Assembly (NCBI RefSeq): GCF_009834535.1
Contig: NC_045697.1
Span: 41,294,001-41,358,000 of the forward strand
Length of the DNA: 64,000 bases
From: Camelus ferus
Lineage: Eukaryota
Direction: 5' to 3'
Shown here in pieces: positions 1 to 13,214 of this stretch (positions are counted from its first letter, which is position 1; each line of letters opens with the position of its first letter). A program made the position numbers and the translations under genes. The notes below the pieces were generated by a model. That model was not told the origin of the DNA. It saw only the letters and a program-made list of their open reading frames with translations, and made no database searches.

Positions 1-164
1 CTGATAATCAGAATATTGCAGGAGGATGCAGTGAGGATTAGTATCATTCTCTTTAAGATAAGAGCTGTCTTATAGTTAAAGCACAGTTACAGCCACAGTT
101 TGGGGAATCTGACCATGTTTTTCTCAGTAGAATATGAACTCTTTGAGGGCAGTGCATCAGAAAG

Positions 165-600
165 GCTATCGGCTCCAAGTAACAGAGTATCTGCTCAGAA
201 GTGGCTTAAACAAAAAGGGTTCTTTTTCTCGCAAGAAACGAGGTGGTCCAGGCTGGGTCACTGCAGGTTCTGTTTGCTTTCCTCTTACAATCACAAGGTG
301 ATGCTGTAACTCCAGATACCTGGTCCTCTTTCAAGGCCAGAGGAAGGATGGAAATGTGTGGGGCCAGCCTTGGCTGTTCCATATATGTATGTATACACAC
401 ACACACACACACACATACAAAATTAAAAGCTTCTCCCAAAAGGCTTTGCTTCAGTATTCTTTCACCTGCGTATTATTGGCCAGAATTGTGTCCTCCTAAA
501 CTACAAGGAAAGCAGGGAAGCAAGTACTTAGCTCTTCTAGCCTCAAGAGAAGACAAGCATAGGAAACAGAGTTTGGAAATGGATGTGGGTTTATTAAGGC
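165..600 (-). mobile_element. Old MaLR LTR (MLT1 family) with embedded (CA)n
   Basis: MLT1-like motifs: aagtaacaga...gtggcttaaacaaaaagg, ggtggtccaggctgg, ttattggccagaattgtgtc...ctacaaggaaagcagggaa. Boundaries approximate. Confidence 0.7.
395..414. repeat. (CA)10 microsatellite
   Basis: Seen directly; it produces the HTHTHT and VCVCVC runs in the ORF track. Confidence 0.95.
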
Positions 601-699
601 AATCATCAGTGTCTGCTCCTTCAGTATCCCTAGCATGGGAGTACTACAGGCAGAGTCAAGATTCAGCGAGTGGTGAGAGTAAGTCACATGGATATAGTA

Positions 700-2700
700 A
701 CAATGAGTATTTCCGTGCATCTTTACATAACAAGCAAGGACTTTATGGGCTATTTCAATTTAAAACAAATTTTAAATGAATTATTTGTATTTTAATAATG
801 CAATATTTTTATAAAATAATATATTTTTATATCACATCAACAATTGTATTAATAACGTGTTCAACTATAACCATAGTAGTAAAATCAAAATATAAATAAA
901 AGTTATCAATTAAAATGCAAAAACCTTATAAAAGCTTAAATTTTATTTAGTGTCCTTTTTTTCTCATTTACTATAGAAAATTTCCTGTCAAATTACTAGT
1001 ATTTCAGGGTTCATTTGTTTAGTTCCCAGTTTCTGTTTGATGGTCATCAGTGCAGGCCGCTGCCTCTTTCTTCCCATACTGTTGTATAAGTGGTTTTTTT
1101 TTTTTTTTAAGATGACAGACAGTTATTTCGGTTTGCTCTAGTTATAGGTTAAGCCAAGTAAGATGTAATAGCTTTAAGGCACAAGAGACCTGTTTTGGAG
1201 GAGAAAACAGAGAGCCAGGATAGTTAATTTGATATGATCATGAGTGCATAGTTTTGGTAAAATAAAGATGTTGATAATATTTGCATTATTGGTGCAAAAA
1301 CTGTTGTTTAATTTTGTCTGTTTAATACTACTATTGTTATCATTCTCTGAAAATCATATATTTATATTAGTAATATGGCATCTAGCCCTTGAAAATAATA
1401 TAATTTTATAACGTACTTCTAACAATGTAAAGAAATATATACTAGCCATTTTACCTTGGACATTTAAGTTTCTTATTCCCTAAAGGGATTGTTTTTGACT
1501 TTGAAAGAGCTAGAGATTACTTTTGGCTTATCTTTTCTATTTTTTTTTTCATAAATGGATTTGATGTTTGTTACTACTTTCATTTCACAGATGATAAATA
1601 TTTGTTGTACTTTTGAAAACAAAGAGAAAAACCTGTACATTTATTATGATGCTCCTGACAATTCTTATTATTCTTGGCAGCTGATTAATAATATTTTAAC
1701 AGAAAATAAATCTTTTGGGGGCATGAGTTCTGCAAATCATCTTATCCACCTGCCACTTCAGTGTTTGAAGAATGGCTTATCATGTTTTCCTAATTTCTAG
1801 AAACGTATCCATGCCAACTAATAACATACGAGAACATTCAGCTCAACTGTTATGTTGTTCTTTTATTCCTATTAATAATGTTTTTAAAAATTAATAGTCT
1901 CTTGAAAGATACATGGATATAGATTATATAAAGAATTCTAAATTCTTAAATCTCATCTTCACTGAAAAAGCACACATATGCACGATGACAATGCACAATG
2001 ATAACTCAGAGAAAGATAAGTTGGCTATGTAAAACTGAACAGGAGTGAACATACAACTTTGTTCAACAGAACACCCATTTGGGGGATTTGATGTGACTGA
2101 AATATCATTAGTGGAGTTTTGATAAACTGCTTACTGTTTTTCTTTGTTTTATTTTCTTGCTTGTGAATACACATAATTTTCATGGAAGAATCTTGATTTA
2201 ATTTTCTTAGCTGATATAATCTATATTTGACAGTTTTTATCATATTTTTGATAGCACATTATTATTTTTAAGTTTTAGAAAGTTGGAAGGGGCAGATGCC
2301 TTCTCTGCTTATAATAGTTATTCAATACATGTTTAATTTCTTCTAATGATTTTGCATATGTTGACATTTTTTCCTTTTCTATTTTGAGGCATGCAGCTGC
2401 TCTTCCCCTTTCTTTCTGTAGTCTTTTATTTGAGACAAGAGTATGTCCATATACCTTAAGAAATTCGAACAGACATAGTGCCATGACTTCTGACTGTCTG
2501 CTAGGTCACCTCTCTATGTCAAAGTATTTTTTTTTTCTCACTTAAAATAAAAGAACGGGGCCAAAGAATTTCATATATACTCCAAAAATAATGTGAATTG
2601 GAACAGAAAACTGTTCATTCAAATACCATTGACCGTAGAATAGTGATTTTCCTATGAACATAGAATAGGCTTTGCTCTTGGGAAGAATCTTGGAAGGGCC
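700..2700 (-). mobile_element. Possible highly decayed hAT transposase fossil (N-terminal/catalytic part)
   Basis: Hand translation of the minus strand gives motif-like remnants in the order expected for hAT transposases: FLEI/GKHDKPFFKH (about 1803-1760, one frameshift), FFSLF..STTNI (about 1632-1597), SFCTNNANI (1302-1276), VSCALKLLHL (1189-1160). Heavily degraded. Confidence 0.35.
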
Positions 2701-3549
2701 ATAGAGAAATGCACATGCTCCTTTGATTTCACAGCTCCAGGCCAAATAGCTTGGCTGAGAAGCAGTCTGAAGAGGAGTATTCCTGAGTTAACTTGGTGGA
2801 TAGATGTTATGTGCTACATTTTCCTTCCTCTCCTCTGCCAAGTCCCCATTCTGAGCTCCACTCAAAGAAATACGTTTCCAACTGAGCTGTCCAGGTTGCA
2901 TCGGGCTGGGGGATGGGAAATAGATGGAAGAAAGAAAGGTAGATTTGTTTAATCATTTACACAATTCTAAGCCCCTTAGCTTCCCATTAAAATCTTGTTG
3001 AAAAAAAACTTGGTTTCATTGTGTTTACTTAAGCCTTTAGCATTTGTTTTATGTTCTTTGACTCTACCAAGAATGACCTTTTTAAGAAAAGAAATTAAAA
3101 TTTTTGATAGAACAGCATATTATTGAAATTTTATGTAATTACTATTTCGCAGTCTGGAAAATACTATAAAGTTTAGCCAATTTAAAACTGATTTATTTTT
3201 ATACAGGGGATATTGTTAGGTTTCATTATGACTTTGTTTCTAAACATACTATTTGTTAAAGTACAAGTTTTCATTGAGATGGCTAAACTAGTAACTTTGA
3301 AAAACATTCTAAAAACATAGTGTATACTTGATTTTAAAAATATTTTTCTTTTACTGTACCTGAGAACTGAAAAACTTTAAAAAATTGTTAAATAATTGTT
3401 TAATAGTTGTTAAATAATTACCGTAGCAGTCAGTAGCTTTAATAGAGATGTAATCTCTCTGCACTTAAATTTTCTCATTTGTTAAGTGATGAGTATTTCT
3501 AAGATGGCTAGATTTTAACTAACATTAAGTTTTATTTCAAAATATTGTG

Positions 3550-3790
3550 TGATATAAAGCAAGAAATAGAACAGTGCTTATGGGAAATATGAGGAAATAT
3601 ATACATATGTGTACATATCTAGATTTGCTTGTATTTATATAAACGAATACTAAGAGGATTCATGCTGTTACAAATGGTTACCTATAGGAGACAGAGACAA
3701 ATGGACTGAATGTGGACAGCAGCGGGAGCAAGACTTCTGACTGTATACATTTGGACATCTTTTTGCTTTTTGAAACGTAAAATTATGTAA
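3550..3790 (+). mobile_element. Old L1 (L1MC/ME-type) 3' UTR fragment
   Basis: aagcaagaaatagaacag...atggttacctatagg...gggagcaagacttctgactgtatac...ttttgaaac resembles old L1M 3' ends. Confidence 0.55.
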
Positions 3791-4794
3791 TCAGGGGAAA
3801 AGAAAGGCACATGCAGAGAACCTTAAACAGAGATACCCACAGAAAGAAAATAGAGATGTGGGGGAGGAAGTAGAGATGGGGAAGATTCTTGCTGATGGCT
3901 TTTGTTTTCACTGAGAAAGAGTGAGATAATATGTTGCTCCAACGTATTGCTGTAGTAGTGACATGAATTTGGTATCTTTATTCCTTTTCTTTGCAGTATA
4001 CCTTGTTAAATTAAAGATACATTGTTACTGGTACAAGATAATGGGGGGTTGGTAAATTCTAAGTTAGATTTGTATTTTCTGAACAAATGTTTTAAGATTG
4101 CAAGATATTTATAAATTTTAAAATAGTTATTAAGAATAACAGTGTCATTCTTCTTTCACTTGCTTTCAGTGTTTTTTAGAAGTAACTTCATTGTTCCTCT
4201 ATTATGGGTGCTTTTATATATGTAATGATAGTGTTGGTAATCTGTCATTATCTAGTAAAGCTATTTTTTCTTGTTTGCTTATAATTAAATTTGAAATAGC
4301 TTTTCCATTAGGAATCTGGATCTTCAGCATTTTCTGTCTGAAATACTTCATTATGTTGCAAGATGGAACTTGATATGCAAGATGTCAATCAAGAAGAAAG
4401 TTCTCTTTTTGTTTATTCTTTCCTTCATGAATATTTTTCCTTCTTTTCATTCATTCAAACAAAATTTACTGAGAGACAACTCTTATAAACTGCGTATTAC
4501 TAGACATTTCTAAAATATAAGGAACAATGACTAAGCTAAAAATAGTCTGATTTAAATGTTCGCAATCATTTTAACATTTAAAACTAAATATAATTCAAAT
4601 AGTTCTGTAGGTCTCTTAAGAGAACAACAAAACCCAAAAACCAACAACAAACACACAAAAAACTATTTTACTGGCCTTTATTCCCCATGTGAGGTTATCT
4701 CTCCACAGAGGCAACTAATTCCGACTTTCCCAGCTCTCCCTTCTGACATTAACCTTCATGTTTCTAAGTAACATCCCTGGGCTGCTGTTGGAAG

Positions 4795-5165
4795 CAGCAT
4801 CATAAGTTGGTCAAGAACTGCTAGGATTCAAATCCCAACTCTTCCACTCACTGTTTCTGTTCACCTCGAGCAGTGTTTCTTAACAGGCACAATTGGCATT
4901 TTGTGCCAGATATTTTTTTGTTGTTGTGGGGAGTCATACTGTGCATTATAGAATATGTAGCAGTGTCTCTGACCTCTACTCATTAGATGCCAGTCGCGCC
5001 GACCCACCTCACGTATAACAACTAAAAATCTTTCCAGGCATAGCCAAATGCCCCCCAAAGGGACAAAATCACCCCCAGTTGAGAACCACTCATCTTGGGG
5101 AAGTTAACTACGTTTTCTGTGACTTTGTTGCCTCATCAGGAATTTGGAATTTATAATTGTACTAA
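4795..5165 (+). mobile_element. MIR SINE interrupted by MER20
   Basis: ggattcaaatcccaactcttccactcactg lies before the MER20; ttggggaagttaact...ctgtgac...cctcatc...ataattgtac lies after it. Confidence 0.7.
4871..5091 (-). mobile_element. MER20 (hAT-Charlie MITE), full length
   Basis: Reverse complement begins agtggttctcaactgggggtgattttgtccc...catttggctatgcctgga, matching the MER20 consensus over about 220 bp. Decayed 8-bp TSD acctcgag/atcttggg. Confidence 0.92.
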
Positions 5166-5179
5166 CTAAATATTGTATT

Positions 5180-6029
5180 GACTATACTGGGTCAGAGCAA
5201 TAAGGCAAGAAAATAAATAAAAGGCATATAGAACAGAAAGGAAGAAATAAAACTCATTTTCAGATGATATTATTGTCTCCTCTACAATACAAAAAGTCAC
5301 AAAAAAATCTACTAAAATTAATGAGTGTATTTAGCTGGGTCACAGGATACAAAATCAGTTATATTTCCATATACTTGGCAAGGAGCAATTAGAAATTGAA
5401 ACATTAAAAATATCATAACAGCATCAATATATGAATATTATGGGATATATCTAAGAAATGTGTAAGATTTATACACTGAAAACTATAAAACATTGGTGCG
5501 AGAAAGGAAAGACCTAATAAATGGAGAGATATGCATGTTCATAGATTAAAAGACTTGCCCTTCAGAAGACACTGTTGTAGAAAAGTGAAGACAGATTAGG
5601 AGAAAATATTTTTATAAAAACACATCTGATTAAGAATTTGAATCCAGAATATATAAAGAACTCTCAAACTCAATAAAAAAGAAAACAAACAACTTTTTTA
5701 AATGAGCAGAAGTTTTAAACAAACATTTCACGAAGGAAGATATCCAGGAGGCAAATAAGCACGTAATTATTAATGAACTATGAACAAATAATTCATTGAT
5801 AAATGAACAATTAACATAATGAATAAATAACATAATTATTCATTAGGAAATGCAAACCCAAACTAAAATGAGATATCATTATATATCTACCAGAATGGCT
5901 GAATTTAAAATGTTTGACCCTACCAATTAGTGGTAAGGATGCAGATCACTGGAACTTCCACACTTCACTAGTGGGAATGCAACATGGTACAACTGTGTTG
6001 GAAAACAACTTGGCACTTTATTATAAAGT
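5180..6029 (+). mobile_element. Old L1 ORF2 fragments with internal deletions
   Basis: gcaataaggcaagaaa...ttttcagatgatattattgtc (RT FADD region), ggagaaaatattt...catctgat, ggaaatgcaaacccaaactaaaatgagatatca, gtgggaatgcaacatggtacaac...ggaaaac. Confidence 0.85.
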
Positions 6030-6888
6030 CAGACCCCTCTTCATGGAGATGAGACCTGTATAACTGAATAAGGCCTCATGCTCAGAAAAGCCCCACACTT
6101 GATTTAATGTTCTACTGTTGCTGTCTTGAAATTCTTAATAATTTTATCTCTGAACTTGTGTTTTATAATTAAAGTCTGTTGGAACACTGGAACACGTGCG
6201 GTATATCTGCCAGTACTTGCTGCCCCATTCACATATAGTGTTCAAGATGCCCCATAAACACATAATTCCGGTGGACACATGGTACATGAGAGTATGGCGA
6301 GACTCAAATGTAGTCAGTACAAGTAAGTTACATCTACGACTAGGTGGGGACAGACAACCTCTAGAAGCCACATTTTCTGTTTGAACCAGGATTGTTTCTA
6401 ATGCAGAAAGAAGACAGTGGCATTCTGAGAAACACAATTATTGTCTGTAGTATTAGTAAAACGCTTTTGGCGGAAGTGACAATACCAATAAACCAAAAGC
6501 AGAGTGTTGGCAAAATGTATGCATATCAAGACTTGACATAAACAATGAGTTAGTTTTATGTATTGGTTCCACTGTTTTGGTAAGAACAAAATATATATGC
6601 GTGTATGAGCTGCAAAATACAAATCGAATAATTTTGGTGGTTTCTGAATTAAATGTCATATTTGCGTTTAAAATGGCATTGTACAATATAAAGATAAATG
6701 TTGAAAATCAGACTAATTTAAATTTTCAAATTTTCTTTCTTTAGAAAATATTAAATAGCAAATAAGAAAAACATAGCAAGGTGAAAGACTGAGGAAGATA
6801 GGAAAAAGCTTTATATTTTAGTATTTTTAGTGACACTTTTTTCTTGCCTTTTACACAAGGGGCCTGACACATTATATAGTTGACCATG
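6030..6888 (+). mobile_element. MER45B/C-like hAT-Tip100 non-autonomous transposon inserted in L1
   Basis: 5' end cagacccctcttcatgg...ctcagaaaagcccc...tgctgtcttgaaattcttaataatttt and 3' end acaaggggcc...attatatagttgaccatg match MER45 termini. TSD tataaagt/ta-aaagt. Confidence 0.85.
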
Positions 6889-7059
6889 TAAAAGTTAAAC
6901 AGTCAAATTCCAAACACTTAGAAATATACAGATTTAATTATGCATTTACTATATGGCCGAGAAATCATTTGTTGGGCTTCAATGGAGGGTTATCAGGAGA
7001 TACCCAACCAGATATCCCAGAATGCTACAGACAGTGTTCTTGGAGCTAAGGAGAACAGG

Positions 7060-7610
7060 TTAATTCTCTTCATTTAAAATACAGATTTTTAATTTAATTC
7101 ACCTGTTTTTAGTCTCCCACTCTAGCCCTTATCTATGCTTAGTACTGCCTTACATCCAGAGTCCCTCTGGTTCAAAATTTTCAAAGAAAAAGCCTCTAGT
7201 CTTCTATTGAGTAAGGGGAGGTGGTCACCTTGCTTCATAAGGTTATTAGTGGCTGGGGGCAGAGGGGAAGAACCTGTTTCTTATTCAGACTTTTAACCAA
7301 GCCTACTATTTGTGGCTCCCGCCAAGCCTCCAATTCCTGAGGCTTTCTAAGGTTTTGCCAAATGAATAAGTTTGCTTCTTGATGTTCCCAGCTACAGGCA
7401 CTTACCTTTCAGCTTCCTCTGGTCTGCTAAGACAACAACTTGATCATACACTTTCCAGATTCTCATTTGTTTTTGACAGTTCTCTCTGCTATCTTCTCTC
7501 CAGCTCTTCTTTTCTTTGAGGTTCTATATCTTTAAACATTCCTTTCCTGCCATTATTTTTGTGAGAGAGAAGGGAAAAATACATACGTGTTCTATTCACT
7601 GTTACTGAAA
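7060..7610 (-). mobile_element. Ancient L1/HAL1-like 5' fragment (uncertain)
   Basis: Motifs cctctagtcttct, agcctccaattcctgaggcttt and ttcagcttcctctggtctgctaag resemble antisense old L1M/HAL1 sequence. Not verifiable by eye. Confidence 0.35.
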
Positions 7611-8200
7611 ATAAATATTTAAAATTTGGATGTCATTGCAAAAACTTTTTTAAAAATTTATTTTATTTTCTACAGACTTCTGTCACTAAAAAAATTATTT
7701 TACTCTTTTATGTAAAACAATGCAACTTTAAAAAATGAACAGTGAATGCAGTGAAGAGAGAAGAGAACATGTAACAAGGACTATGTCCATAGGAGGAATA
7801 GAGATTACGGTGTCTTCTCGGTAGAGATCCCTACTCCCACTCACACAGTTGTGGTTATGTACACCATCAGGCAGCTGGGTATAACTGGAATCAAGTCCGT
7901 GGTAGGGGTATTCCATTAAGCATCATCTACACCTGAAACGAATCATATCTAATCCCATCTGAGCATCTGCTTATCTGAAGACCTGAACTAACCCACCAAC
8001 TACCCTAGATGACCCTTGTGCCCTCCCTTCTTTGGTTTTCTCCTATTTAGTTTTTCCGACTCAGTCTGATGCCATCTACTCCCAGAAGTCTACCCTGAAA
8101 CCATGCCACCAAGCTAATATAGATCAATGTTTTCAACTTAAATTCTCAAGTTATATTCTCTTTCACTCTATTTATTGCATTATAATTGAATGTTTGTTTC

Positions 8201-8553
8201 CAGAATCAGCACACCTTTTCTGTAAAGTTTACAGTTGGTAAATATTTTAGGCTTTCAGACCAAGAGGCAAACTCAAAGATATTATGTACACATTTATATA
8301 ATAAGAGAGAAAACAAATTCTAATGATTTTTATTGACAGAATTAAAAATAAAATAACAATTGAGTACCATTTTTGTAATATAGATAAACTTATCAGAAGA
8401 GTGGAATTCTTTTGGGAGAAGATAACATTTCTCTTAATACTGGTTCAAAGTTAATGTTCTCATTTATCAAATTGATTGCAAATGTTTATCTGTAAAAATT
8501 ATTCTTAGCTCACAAGCCTTACAAAAATAGGCAATGAAGTTTCCTGACCTCTG
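8201..8553. mobile_element. MER58 (Cheshire-derived, MER58D-like) hAT MITE inside an L2 3' end
   Basis: ttttctgtaaag...gtaaatattttaggcttt...ccaagaggcaaa...aagagagaaaacaaatt...ggttcaaagtta...attgattgcaaatgttt, with terminal cctgacctctg. An L2 tail (cctggcacaatataggtgcttagtaa) follows to about 8675. Confidence 0.85.
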
Positions 8554-9271
8554 CTCTATTTGTTTAGCTCTTTGTCTCTACTATATTTTGAGATCCAGAA
8601 CCTGTCCTTGGTCTTATTCATCTTTGAATTCCCAGGCAATGAACCACCTGGCACAATATAGGTGCTTAGTAACTTAAACAAAATTTTTTTCAAGCAATGA
8701 AAAGATTTAACTCTTATTTTAATGGATAATACCTTGACTTTATGTGTTACCTTTCCTTTAAGGATTTTCAGATCTCTTATCTCATATCTATTACCTAATA
8801 TGCGGTAGGAAAAGGATTGATGTTATTAGTCGCATTTCACTGATAGGAGAGTGACACAGTAGTATAACGAAGACTAGAATTAAGGAACTCTGATTCTCAG
8901 CTATAGAATTTTTCAGAGGATTATAGTACATTCTCAGGTATATATATCTCTGGTCTATTCCAGGAGTTATCTTTTATCAGGAAACTCAGAGGTGTAAGTA
9001 AACCAGCATGGACTGGTATAGATAAGGAAATTACTATAGCACTTGGGTGGATAAACACTAAAAATCTGACTACAACTTAAATAACATCCCTGGAAATAAT
9101 GTTCTGTACTGAGTTTTCAAGTATGAGACATCATACTTTTGAATAATATTTTTATGTATAGTATGCAATATAGGTAATTTAAAAGTGCAGTCTTAAAAAA
9201 TATTTACTAAAATGAGTGTAATTATCATGAATAAATGTGGAAATAGGTGATTATTGGCCAAAATATGGTAT

Positions 9272-9686
9272 TGTTACGGAAACGACAGGCCAGTCAAGAA
9301 ACAAGCACCACTCGGAGGGCTGGAGTACTCAGATGTATTACGCCGGTGGACTCAGAGGGGCTTCTGCTCTGAAGCTCTGAGCACCTCCAAGACGTGCACA
9401 TGAGGTTTTATAGGTTAAAGTACAAGCTTGGGGTATTCGGCCAATAGGCATGGAACAGCTTTAGCAGCATCATTATCACAAAAGTGGAGGCAGGGGGGCA
9501 GCAAACCAACATTCCAAAGCCAGATATATCTCTTTGAAAATCCAGCTGGCTAGCAAAAAAAACATGAACAGCAAACCAACACTAATTAACTTAGATTTAC
9601 AAGTTAGTCCAGCAGAACTCAGATCAGTATTCCGATACTTAGACTTGTGAGTTATCTTGTTAGCCCAGCCCGGCTTTTCCTTCACA
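9272..9686 (-). mobile_element. Young ERV1-type solo LTR (415 bp)
   Basis: TG...CA termini (tgttacgg...ttcaca) and an exact 4-bp TSD GTAT at 9268-9271 and 9687-9690. Minus-strand TATAAAA near 9405-9411; several CpGs retained. Confidence 0.85.
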
Positions 9687-9849
9687 GTATGAGTTACTTT
9701 TATATCTGGTGAAATTAGGAAAGGAACAGGGTGTTTTCATGCTTTTGTGGCCAATAATTTCCTGAGAGACCCCACCCTAGTCTTTGTTTTCCATGGGTCC
9801 CTTATCAAATCACCACTATTATCAGGAACAGTGTTATTAACTACTGTTT

Positions 9850-10335
9850 AGTTCTAGTTTCTGGGGATTAAAATAGACAATAGACCTGATCCTTGGCCTT
9901 GGAAGAGAGAATAAATACAGTCAGTATAACAGTGGGTGAAGTCCATATGATCCTTGTCAGAGGAGGACAGGAAAGGGGGTGCTCCACAGGGATGTGAGTG
10001 TGTACAGATCTGTTGATAGGGAGAGGGTTGGGAAAGGCTTCCTGGAAACGGTAGCACTTACACCGCATCTTCAAGAAAGGTAATAGAGACGTGATAAAAC
10101 ACATGAGGAAGGGCTTGAGCAAGACCGTGAAGGTAGAAGGTGTGTGAATGATGTTTTCAGGAAACAATAAATAGACCAGTTTATCTTGAGCAGGAGTTTT
10201 ATATAAGGAAGTCATTGGAATACATTTGAAGTGTTAGGAATGCGGAGAGAAAAGCCCGATAAAGGAGCTTGAAAGTTTAATGTAGGAAATGGTGAGCTGT
10301 CAAAGAAATTTAAACAGGAAGATGGGAGTGGCATA
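9850..10335 (-). mobile_element. L2 fragment
   Basis: ctggggattaaaatag...cctgatccttggccttgga...ggaaaggcttcctgga...aaggagcttgaa...aatggtgagc is typical antisense L2 3' region. Confidence 0.7.
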
Positions 10336-12284
10336 GGCAACAAGAATTGTAAGCAAGCTGAACCTTATCTGTTCCGGGGCTGAAGTGTTGAATACTGGAT
10401 TGTTTTTGCTACATTAGTGTGTGCTACATAAAAATGTTACATCCATGTATTTATTTTTCACTGCACCTTGTTTCCATTAGAGTTGGTTTTTAAATAGCTA
10501 AACATAATTTTATCTCCAGTGATTCAAAAGGAAGTTGAAGACATTTCAGTGTTTCAACTATGTGTCCCATTTTTGGGTCAATTATGCTATTGTGAATGAG
10601 CTGAAGTGGCAGCTTTTAGAGATAAATCTGTGTGTTTGAGAGCATCTTTATAGTCTATCATAGTATTAGGAAATATTTATTAAACATCTTATACATTTAA
10701 CATTTTTGTATCCTGTTCACACTTTTAATGTCATTACAAAGTAATAAAAATTCTGGGAATGAAAACTGTAGTTTAACATGGATTTAATTCTTCCAAGCAA
10801 AGTGAGAAATGAACTATGTGTGTAATTTGAAAATATACTCTGGATTCCATCAATAAAAATGTTGTTCTGTGCTATTAAAAAACAAAGTTGTACATAGGTG
10901 AGCCGGATTGGATGAATGTGTTGTACAGTAGGAGGCTGCCCATCTTCTCTTCTGTCCCTCCTCCTCCTGTTCTGAGTGAACGCGGTGGACCATCTGGCTG
11001 CCGCATGTGCAGCCAGCTGCCTTCTCCACAGGAGAGGGAAACGTAAGAATTCTCACAGAAGCACATTTGTAGGCTTAGGCTTCCTCCCGCTAGTCTGGAT
11101 GAGTTCTCAGGATGCCAGGTCATTAAGCACACTTTCCAGTGTGGGAGGCCCTTGAACCTCCCCCACTATCTCTGGCTTGAATAAATGCAGATTGTTCCAC
11201 AAGCCTAGGCAAATACTCTATTGTGTTCTTCTTGGGAGTAGTTTGACCTTGTGTACTTGAAGAATTCCTCCAAGATAGGGCAAGACTATCTTGCCCTTCC
11301 GGAAATTCACCCTTTACAGAGATTTGTGGCCTAAATCCAACCTAAAGAATATTTCCTTCTTTCATCTCCTTAAACTGCTGGTGGGAGAGGGGAAAGGCTG
11401 CCCCCGCAGCTCCAAGCCTGCATGGGGTCATGAGACCTCTTCATTGCAGAGTGGGCAGTGGGAGAACGGGATTCATCTGGTAGCGTCTCAGCATTTCTTC
11501 ATCCTCAGGCAAATGGATGTTTAACACAGCTATTTCTGATCTTCTCTCTGAGGTCAGCTAGCACTCTTTTTGAATCGTGTACTATATGTTAAGGGAGGGA
11601 AGGGTGAAAGACTGCAATAGAAGCAAGCAAAGGGCTCTGAAACCCGCTGCTTTGGGAGAAGGTGACTCCTGCACTACTTCTAACAGTTGCAGCCCCTTTC
11701 CTCTTCTCTCCATGTGTTTATTTTTCAAAACGCTTTGTGCATCCAACCCCTTTTAGTGGTAAGGAGACTGCTCACCTTAAAGCTATGTGAGCAAGAAGAA
11801 GTTGGCTATGTCTATCAAATAATCAGAAAAGTTACTCCAGTCCAAAATGGGCCTACTTACCATGATGACACCATAAACATAGGGGACAAAAAATAAACAG
11901 ATATTTCAGCACATAAAATCTGGTCATTTAATTGCCAGGGTACAAATAATGCTACTACCTTGAACAAATTCTCTTTTAGATACTCTGAATTTCCTCTGTT
12001 TCCTGAAATTTTCACAGTGATTTCACCTACTGATTTCAACACCTTTTTGTACCTCCCCCATATTTTATAAATGAATGAAATGCTTTTGTGAGAAATTGGA
12101 AGTTTCCTATAAGGAAACTGTAGATCAACATGCAATAGTGAATAAAATTCCCTTCTTCAGCATTAAATTTAAGCTCCACTTTTATTTTTGCAAAGCTTTC
12201 CATGACATTTATCTCCACCAGCGTATTTGCTCTCATCTCTGCAACACCTGTTCCTTGCACTGTGTCCATTCAACACCTCACAGG

Positions 12285-12990
12285 TACTTACTAAGTGCTC
12301 CACGGATGTGACATATGCCAAGAGTTATGTCGGGGTTTTTATATGCTTGTAAGGAAGAAAGAAATAAACATAACAATACGAGGTAGTATTTGACTGGTGC
12401 CATAAGAGTGATACAAAGAAGTGAAAGTGTTTAGATGAGAGAGAGAGAGCAGTTTCGGCCGGGGGAAATCTGGGTAGGCTTTACAGAAGACGTGGCACAT
12501 GAACTTGACCTTAGATGGGTAGGATTTCAACAAAAGGAATTCTAAACAAAGGAACAGTGTAATCCAAGGTAGAAATATGGGAAAGTATGTGTCATATATA
12601 GGGAATGATTTGCTATGTAGTTTAACTTACAGTATGAATGGAACTATTGCAGCAGGTAAAACTGATGAGTAGATTGGCATCTGATTGTAGAAACTTTGAG
12701 GCTAGACTAAGAAATTAAAATTTGATTCCAAAGGCATTAATTCTTAAGCTTTTTGAGCAGGATTACACAATCCTGTATAAATACAATCAAAATAGAAGGT
12801 AGAATGAATAGTCAATGCAGGAAGGATCAAATGAAGGGATTTGCCAGAGGTTAAATCATTTTAGCCTCTTTTTAGAGGAGATCATTGTAGTGATCTAAGC
12901 AGGAAGTGATAAGTGCCCAAACTAGGGTGATAAATAATTAGAATGGGGGAAAAATGAATGATTCATCATGAATTGTAAAGGAAGAAACAG
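12285..12990 (-). mobile_element. L2 fragment (followed by a plus-strand L2 tail at about 13015-13105)
   Basis: tacttactaagtgc...ggaaatctgggtaggctttacagaagacgtggcacatgaacttgacctt...ctaagaaattaaaatttgatt...tttttgagcagga. Confidence 0.7.
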
Positions 12991-13187
12991 TTTATATTTA
13001 ATCTAACCAATTGTCAGTTTCTGAGAGCAAAGATTGTGTCTGCATCTTGTCTCCACAGTGCCCGCTACATTGCTTGACACAGAGAAATGTTTAATGATGA
13101 ATAAATATCCTCCTTTATTACCTACTATATCCACTTTCATATTGTCTGCTTTCAAATAATTGTGTCTTGCATAGACTAATTAATGTG

Positions 13188-13214
13188 TATATATATATAT
13201 ATATGTATATATAT
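13188..13214. repeat. (TA)n microsatellite, interrupted
   Basis: Seen directly. Confidence 0.9.

Noticed and set aside
243..779. Longest ORF in the track (178 aa)
   Set aside because: It starts at GTG, runs through an MLT1 LTR and a (CA)n repeat, and has no recognisable domain; a chance ORF.
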